From Thermoanaerobaculia bacterium (lineage in GTDB: Bacteria; Acidobacteriota; Thermoanaerobaculia; UBA5066), in assembly GCA_963719225.1 (NCBI GenBank), contig CAVRAY010000001.1, positions 1,824,001 through 1,888,000 of the forward strand: a stretch of 64,000 nt of DNA, in the 5' to 3' direction. The first letter of the stretch is position 1. The number at the start of each line of letters is the position of its first letter. The notes beneath the pieces were generated by a model. It made no database searches, was not told where the DNA came from, and saw nothing but the letters and a program-made list of their open reading frames with translations. A program made the translations under genes and the position numbers. Of the stretch, positions 58,883 through 64,000 are shown piece by piece.

Positions 58883-59473
58883 ATGGAGCTGCGCCCCTGG
58901 ACGCTGCCGAACTTCCTGACGTTCGCGCGGCTTGCCTCCCTCCCGTTTCTCATCATGGCGATCCTCGGCGGCCGGCACGGTGTCGCCCTTGCCATCTTCC
59001 TCGCGGCCGCGATTACCGACGTCGTGGACGGATACGTGGCCCGCCGGTTCGGCATGGGCTCGCCGCTGGGGGCCTGGCTCGACCCCATCGTCGACAAGTT
59101 CTTCCTCGTCTCGACGTTCGTCGTCTTCGCGCTGCCTTCCACCCCGACGTCCCTTCACATTCCGGTCTGGCTCCTCGTGCTCACGGTCTTTCGTGACGCG
59201 TTCGCCCTTGCGATCTGCCTCGTCATGTTCCTGGCTCTCGGCATCAAGGATTTCCCGCCCTCGGCCCTCGGAAAGCTCACGACCTTCCTCGAGATCGCGA
59301 CGGTGGTCGCGATCCTGCTCGTGAACGTCCATCGGCTGCCCGTCGTCGTTGCGACGACCTGCATGCAGCTCGTGGCGATCTTCGCGACGGTGTCGGGCCT
59401 TCATTACTCGTGGCGCATCGTGACGCGCCTCCCGCGTCCGGCTGCGGCAGCCCCGCCTTCGCCGCCCGCGTGA
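58883..59473 (+). CDS. CDP-alcohol phosphatidyltransferase (PgsA/cardiolipin synthase-like)
   Basis: LPNFLTFAR and TDVVDGYVARR...LGAWLDPIVDK. Confidence 0.9.
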   Translation: MELRPWTLPNFLTFARLASLPFLIMAILGGRHGVALAIFLAAAITDVVDGYVARRFGMGSPLGAWLDPIVDKFFLVSTFVVFALPSTPTSLHIPVWLLVLTVFRDAFALAICLVMFLALGIKDFPPSALGKLTTFLEIATVVAILLVNVHRLPVVVATTCMQLVAIFATVSGLHYSWRIVTRLPRPAAAAPPSPPA

Positions 59474-59742
59474 GACTGTTCCGCCGGTCGACAGCGGCCG
59501 AGCCTCCCGCGCTCCGGCTTCTCTCGCGCAGCGGCTGCCATCTGTGCGACGAGATGAGGGCGGTCGTCGGGCCGCTCGTTCGCGCGCGCGGCGGCACGCT
59601 CGAGGTCGTGGACGTGGATGCCGATCCGGCTCTTGCCCGGAGGTGGGGGAATGAGATCCCGGTCGTCCTCGACGCCGAGGGCCGCGTCGTGGCGAAGGCT
59701 CGCGATTCGGCGGCGAAGGTCAGCCGCCGCCTCGGAGGCTGA
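59470..59742 (+). CDS. Glutaredoxin-like protein (DUF836 type)
   Basis: SRSGCHLCDEM...VDVDADP...EIPV; GTG at 59470 overlaps the upstream stop. Confidence 0.85.
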   Translation: MRLFRRSTAAEPPALRLLSRSGCHLCDEMRAVVGPLVRARGGTLEVVDVDADPALARRWGNEIPVVLDAEGRVVAKARDSAAKVSRRLGG

Positions 59743-59749
59743 TCGCAAC

Positions 59750-59965
59750 CAAGAAAAAAGAAAGAGGAGCCCGAGGGGCGCCGGTTCCCCCGGACTCCGG
59801 TGCACCCCGCGAGGGGCCTGCCGGCGGCGGAATGGCTTTGCGCGTGCTGTGCGCTGGTCCTGGGCGGCTCTCCCGGAAACCCGGGGCCTCGGAGCTGCGT
59901 TGCGGACCTTGCCTGGTGCCTTTCCGGCCGACCCCGCCGTGTTTTCCGGCGCGCGGGGCTGACTA
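59750..59965 (-). ncRNA. Candidate structured non-coding RNA (unassigned)
   Basis: About 210 nt with several hairpins in a convergent intergenic gap; TTGACT-17-TACTGA promoter-like signal upstream on the minus strand; GC-rich stem and U-tract at the 3' end. Confidence 0.3.
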
Positions 59966-59994
59966 ATCAGTAGGGCCTGAATTGCCCGGAGTCA

Positions 59995-60040
59995 AGAGGA
60001 GAAGAGAGAAGAAAAAAAGATTTCTTAGAAGGTGAATATT
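59995..60040 (+). repeat. Cluster H of the dispersed motif
   Basis: Purine run followed by AGATTTCTTAGAAGGTGAAT at 60018-60037; the first 15 nt are identical to the copy at 8406. Confidence 0.72.
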
Positions 60041-60075
60041 CAGCGTCGCAAGGGCACTTCCCTCTGGGGCGATCA

Positions 60076-61836
60076 TCATCCCGTCAACTTCCGGACGAGC
60101 GCGCGGCCGACGAAGCGGAACTTGTCGCCGAGCGGAAACCTCTTGAGCACTGTCTTCACGACGCCCTGCGTGAACCGCGTGCGCTTTCCGTAGTCGATGC
60201 GGACGTCCACGACGACGGGGCGGCCGGTGCGGGCCACGCGCAGCGCTTCGCGGATGCCCTCTTCGATGCCGGCGTCGTCGTTCATCGGAATGAAGGCGGC
60301 TCCGGTCGCCTGGGCGATGCCCTCGAGCCGGATCTCCCCGAGCACGGTGCAGGTCTTGCGGTTGTAGGGGATCTCCTGCCCCTGCGAGATCTGCGAGAGC
60401 TCTCCGTCGTGGAACACGAAAAACGCGACGCCCGCCTGATGCGTCGTGGCCGTCACGATCTCGAGCCCTGTCATGAGAAACGCGCCGTCGCCCGCGATCG
60501 CGACGACCTCGAGATCCGGGCTCGCGAGCTTCGCCCCGATGGCGGCGGGAACCGCGTAGCCCATGCAGTTGAAGTCGGTCGGGCTCACGAAGCGGCGCGG
60601 GTTCGTGACGGGGAAGAGCTCGGCGGCGAGAAACGTGTGATTCCCGTCGTCGACGACCATGAGCGCGTCGTCCGCGAGCTGGCGGCGCAGCGACGCGAAA
60701 AAGCGGGCGGGATTGACCCGGTCGCTCTGGCGGCCGAGCCACTCCTCGCGATAGGCCTTCTTGTCGGAGGAAATCCGGGTTTCCTGCTCGAGGCGCCGCT
60801 CGGTCCGGTCGATGCCGCGTGCGGCGAGGCCGGCGAGAAGGCGGGGCACGACGGTGCGTGCGTCGCCCGCGATCGCCACTTTCGCGGGAAAGTTCGCACC
60901 GAGGACCCGGGGGTCGATGTCCACGTGGATGAGGTCCTCGGGAACCCGGCAGCCGAAGCTGCCCGTGGGGATCTCGGCGAAGCGGGTGCCGATCGCGAGC
61001 AGGCAGTCGCAGCCCGCGAAGGCGTTCTCGGCCGCTGGCACGGCCGCGCGGGAGAAACCCATGCCCGTGTGGAGGGGATGGGCCGCCGAAAACGCGGAAA
61101 GGCCCTGAAGCGTCGTCGCGACCGGCGCCCCGAGGAGCTCGGCGATGCGGGCCACGTCATCGGCGACGTCGACGGCGCCCCAGCCAACGAAGAGGCCGGG
61201 GAAGCGCGCCTTCTCGAGGAGGTCGATCGCAGCTTCGAGGAGACTCCTCTCGGGCTCTTCGGGCGGCGGCGGCGGCTCGAAGACGGGCAGCTCCTCGATC
61301 GTCTCCTGGAAGAGCTGCAGGTTCACGGGGATCTCGACGAAGACGGGGCCGGGGACGCCGGTCACGGCCGTGCGATATGCGTCGAAGATCGCGGGCACGA
61401 TTCCGGCGTGCGTCGTGGGGCGCCAAGTTCCCTTCGTCAGGCCCTTCAGAATCGCGTGCTGGTCGAGCTCGTGAAGCTGGTAGCGGAAGGGGACGTCGGT
61501 GCGGATGCCGCCGGAGATCACGAGCATGGGAATTCCGTCGAGGAAGGCCTCGCCGATGCCGCTCATGGCATGCGTGACCCCCGCGGCCGGCACGATCACG
61601 AGCGTTCCGATCGTGCCGCCGCTCGTTCGGCTGATTCCGTCGGCCGCGAAGGCAGCACCCGCCTCGTGCGTGACGAGGACGGGCTGGATCCTCTCCGACT
61701 TGTCGAGTTCGTCGTAGATCTCCGTGTTGTGCACGCCGGGAATCCCGAACGTGTGCGTGACGGGAAGCTGCTCCAGGGCGTGCCGCACGAGCCAGGCGCC
61801 GGATCTCTTCGCGCCGACCCGGATCGACTTCGTCAC
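60076..61836 (-). CDS. Thiamine pyrophosphate-dependent enzyme (acetolactate synthase large subunit-like)
   Basis: FGIPGVH, THEAGAAFAADG, GPVFVEIP, CMGYAVPAAIG and GDGAFLM TPP motif. Confidence 0.9.
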   Translation of the reverse strand: MTKSIRVGAKRSGAWLVRHALEQLPVTHTFGIPGVHNTEIYDELDKSERIQPVLVTHEAGAAFAADGISRTSGGTIGTLVIVPAAGVTHAMSGIGEAFLDGIPMLVISGGIRTDVPFRYQLHELDQHAILKGLTKGTWRPTTHAGIVPAIFDAYRTAVTGVPGPVFVEIPVNLQLFQETIEELPVFEPPPPPEEPERSLLEAAIDLLEKARFPGLFVGWGAVDVADDVARIAELLGAPVATTLQGLSAFSAAHPLHTGMGFSRAAVPAAENAFAGCDCLLAIGTRFAEIPTGSFGCRVPEDLIHVDIDPRVLGANFPAKVAIAGDARTVVPRLLAGLAARGIDRTERRLEQETRISSDKKAYREEWLGRQSDRVNPARFFASLRRQLADDALMVVDDGNHTFLAAELFPVTNPRRFVSPTDFNCMGYAVPAAIGAKLASPDLEVVAIAGDGAFLMTGLEIVTATTHQAGVAFFVFHDGELSQISQGQEIPYNRKTCTVLGEIRLEGIAQATGAAFIPMNDDAGIEEGIREALRVARTGRPVVVDVRIDYGKRTRFTQGVVKTVLKRFPLGDKFRFVGRALVRKLTG

Positions 61837-63461
61837 AAGGACGCTCCCGCGATCGTGCGGGCCGCGACGCGCCCCGTGAGGACGCAGCTCCCGAGGAACG
61901 TTCCCTCGAGAGAGCCCATGCCGTGGATCCCGCCGCCGCCGAAGCCCGCCGCCTCGCCCACGGCGTAGAGGCCGTCGATCGGCGGCCCGGCTCCGGAGAG
62001 AACGCGGCAGCCGAGGTCTGTCTGGATGCCGCCGAGGCTCTTGCGCGAGAGGATGAACTCGCGGATCGCGATGAGCGGCATCGCGCCGGGGTCGAGGATC
62101 TTCTGGAACTTGCAGAGGCGGATCCGGTCTCCACGATACTGGCGGAAGTTCCAGAGGCGCCGGAGCTGGTCGTCGTTGAAGTAAGCCGGCCCGCGGTCGA
62201 TCTGGGCATCGTAGTCACGCACGACCTGCTCGACCGTCGCGAGGTCCGTGCGCAGGCCGTCGAGGTTCTTCGTGTTCATCTTGTCCACGAGCTCGGGAAG
62301 CGAGCGCGCCGTGACGATATCGTCCGGGCATTCGCGAACGAGGCGGTCGACGAGCTCCTGGTTGCCGAACAGCAGCTGCCGCGCCATGAGGAGCTTTCTC
62401 TTGCGGCGGAAGGCGGTCATGTAATCGCAGCCCGAGACCGCGAGCTCCTTCTTCGCGATCGTGTTGTTCAGGAGCTGCCACGAGTACTGGCCGGGCTGCC
62501 GAAGGACGCTCTCCACGAGGAAGCGCGTATCCGTCGAGCCGACGAGGGGCAGCGGGCCGATGCGCTCTCCGAGCGCATTCAGCCAGAGCGCCGAGCGGGG
62601 CGGGACGAGCGAAAGACCGTCGTCCGGCTTGCGCTTTCGGGGATGGTGCACGCCGGCGGCATAGTGCCAGTGCTTGTCGAGATGCGTGAGGTTGCCGCCC
62701 GCGCGCGCGACCGCGTCGTGCATCACGCCGTCGCCGTACACGTGGGCGCCGTTGAGGAGGACTTTCGGAGGCGGGCCCCAGGGCGCATACCAGTTCGCGC
62801 GCACCTTCGAGAGGTTCCCCCCGCAGATCCCGCCGGTCGCGATTACGACGTGGTCTCCGCGCGCAACGAAGCGGCCGCCGGTGGAGAGGTCCGTCCCGAC
62901 GAGGCCGGTGACGCGGCCGCCCGCGGTTTCGACGTCCTCGACGGCATGCCGGAATCGGATCGCGTGGGAGGAGGAGCGGGGGTGGGTCACGAGCGCGCGG
63001 ACGATCTGCTCGACGATCGCGTGCCCCGTTCCCCACGCGATGTGCCAGCGGGGGACGGTGTTGCCGGGGACGTAGAGTCCCCGCTCGGGCCAGTTCACGA
63101 CGGGGAGGAACCTCACGCCGACGCCGTCGAGATAAGCATGGATGAGGTCGAGCGAGCGCTGGCAGTAGAGCTCCGCCCAGCGGCGCGGCCACGCGTCTCC
63201 ATCGCCGAACTGCGCGAACGAGAGCCAGTCGCGGAGCGCCAGCTCGGGCGAGTCGCGGATGCCCGATTTCCTCTGATGGGGCGTCCCGATGAGGTGGACG
63301 CCGCCGAACGACTCTTTCGCCAGGCCGCCGAGGTTTTCGGGGACGTCCTTGTCGAGCAGGAGAACGGACTTCCCGCGGCCGAGAAGCTCGTGCGCGGCGA
63401 CGAGCCCAGCGAGACCGGCGCCGGCAATGACGACGTCCGCCTGCAGCGTATTCGGGGTCAT
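61833..63461 (-). CDS. FAD-binding dehydrogenase (FAD_binding_2/KsdD-like family)
   Basis: GAGLAG, LGGLAKESFGG, RKSLGGIQTD, GLYAVGEAAGFGGGG and LEGTFLG. Confidence 0.88.
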   Translation of the reverse strand: MTPNTLQADVVIAGAGLAGLVAAHELLGRGKSVLLLDKDVPENLGGLAKESFGGVHLIGTPHQRKSGIRDSPELALRDWLSFAQFGDGDAWPRRWAELYCQRSLDLIHAYLDGVGVRFLPVVNWPERGLYVPGNTVPRWHIAWGTGHAIVEQIVRALVTHPRSSSHAIRFRHAVEDVETAGGRVTGLVGTDLSTGGRFVARGDHVVIATGGICGGNLSKVRANWYAPWGPPPKVLLNGAHVYGDGVMHDAVARAGGNLTHLDKHWHYAAGVHHPRKRKPDDGLSLVPPRSALWLNALGERIGPLPLVGSTDTRFLVESVLRQPGQYSWQLLNNTIAKKELAVSGCDYMTAFRRKRKLLMARQLLFGNQELVDRLVRECPDDIVTARSLPELVDKMNTKNLDGLRTDLATVEQVVRDYDAQIDRGPAYFNDDQLRRLWNFRQYRGDRIRLCKFQKILDPGAMPLIAIREFILSRKSLGGIQTDLGCRVLSGAGPPIDGLYAVGEAAGFGGGGIHGMGSLEGTFLGSCVLTGRVAARTIAGASL

Positions 63462-63516
63462 CGGTCCGGCTCGGATCTTCGCATCTCCCGGCCGGTCGAC
63501 CTCCTAGAATCCTCGC

Positions 63517-64000
63517 GTGTCCTCGAAGACGCGACCGGCGGAGAAGGGGATCCCGGAGGCTCTCGCGCGCTTCGGCTTCTTCGCGCGCGGATGCCTGTAC
63601 GTCGTCGTCGGCGGCCTCGCCGCACGCGTGGCGATCCTTCAGCGAGGACGCGCGCTCGGGCCCTCGGGTGCGCTCGGGAAGATCCTCGAGGGATGGAACG
63701 GGAGGCTCGCTCTCGGGATCGTGGCGGCGGGCCTCCTCGCCTTCGTGCTCTTCCGCGCCGCCCAGTTCCGCCGGACACGCGGCGGCCTTGCGCGGATCGG
63801 CTACGCCGTCGGCGCTCTGGGCGGCCTTCTTCTCACGGTCACCGCGGTGCGCGTTCTGCTGCATTTTTCCGCCGGGGGCGATGCCGAGGCCCTTCGCGAG
63901 GCGGCCCGCCGGATCGTCGCCCATGCCTGGGGACGCGGCGCCCTCGAGCTCGGAGGGGCGATCGCCTTCGTCGTGGGCGTCGTGGAGGCCTTTCGGGCTG
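63517..64000 (+). CDS. DUF1206-like membrane protein, runs off the window end
   Basis: Not in the ORF track; translated by hand from GTG 63517: ...LARFGFFARGCLYVVVGGLA...GAL...GRLALGIVAAGLLAFVLFR. Confidence 0.7.
   Translation, partial: MSSKTRPAEKGIPEALARFGFFARGCLYVVVGGLAARVAILQRGRALGPSGALGKILEGWNGRLALGIVAAGLLAFVLFRAAQFRRTRGGLARIGYAVGALGGLLLTVTAVRVLLHFSAGGDAEALREAARRIVAHAWGRGALELGGAIAFVVGVVEAFRA

Noticed and set aside
59820-59860. c-di-GMP-I riboswitch, suggested by CGCAAAGCC on the minus strand
   Set aside because: It lacks the upstream GGCAAAC/GNRA P2 stem and has no downstream gene on that strand.

Overview
GC-rich (roughly 70%), gene-dense bacterial chromosomal window. The gene repertoire suggests Acidobacteriota (Thermoanaerobaculia-like) with several myxobacteria-like genes; this taxonomy is inference only. 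Housekeeping genes include ppx, purA, hutH, hutU, pssA, rimI, tsaB, mutS, ssb, murJ, valS, birA, rlmD, comEC, miaA and hfq, plus tRNA-Glu(TTC) and tRNA-Lys(TTT). There is a leucine-catabolic liu-like operon, a VapBC toxin-antitoxin pair and a RomR-like regulator. I saw no integrase, transposase or CRISPR array. Three things stand out. (1) A degenerate ~20-bp motif, consensus about AGATTT(G)CTTMGAARGKGAAGAG with purine-rich flanks, occurs about 20 times in about 9 tight clusters, often as convergent pairs. It lies both between genes and inside reading frames, as in-frame insertions or local recoding. (2) A PhaR/phasin-linked cluster at 11.8-19.4 kb has no PHA synthase but encodes a fused double ArsA/Get3-like ATPase, an SCP2-like protein, an SDR, an acyltransferase and a patatin; it is a candidate lipid-inclusion system. 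(3) Three enzyme homologs (Asd-like, NagZ-like, racemase-like) appear to have lost catalytic residues. All family calls come from motif recognition by eye, not database searches.
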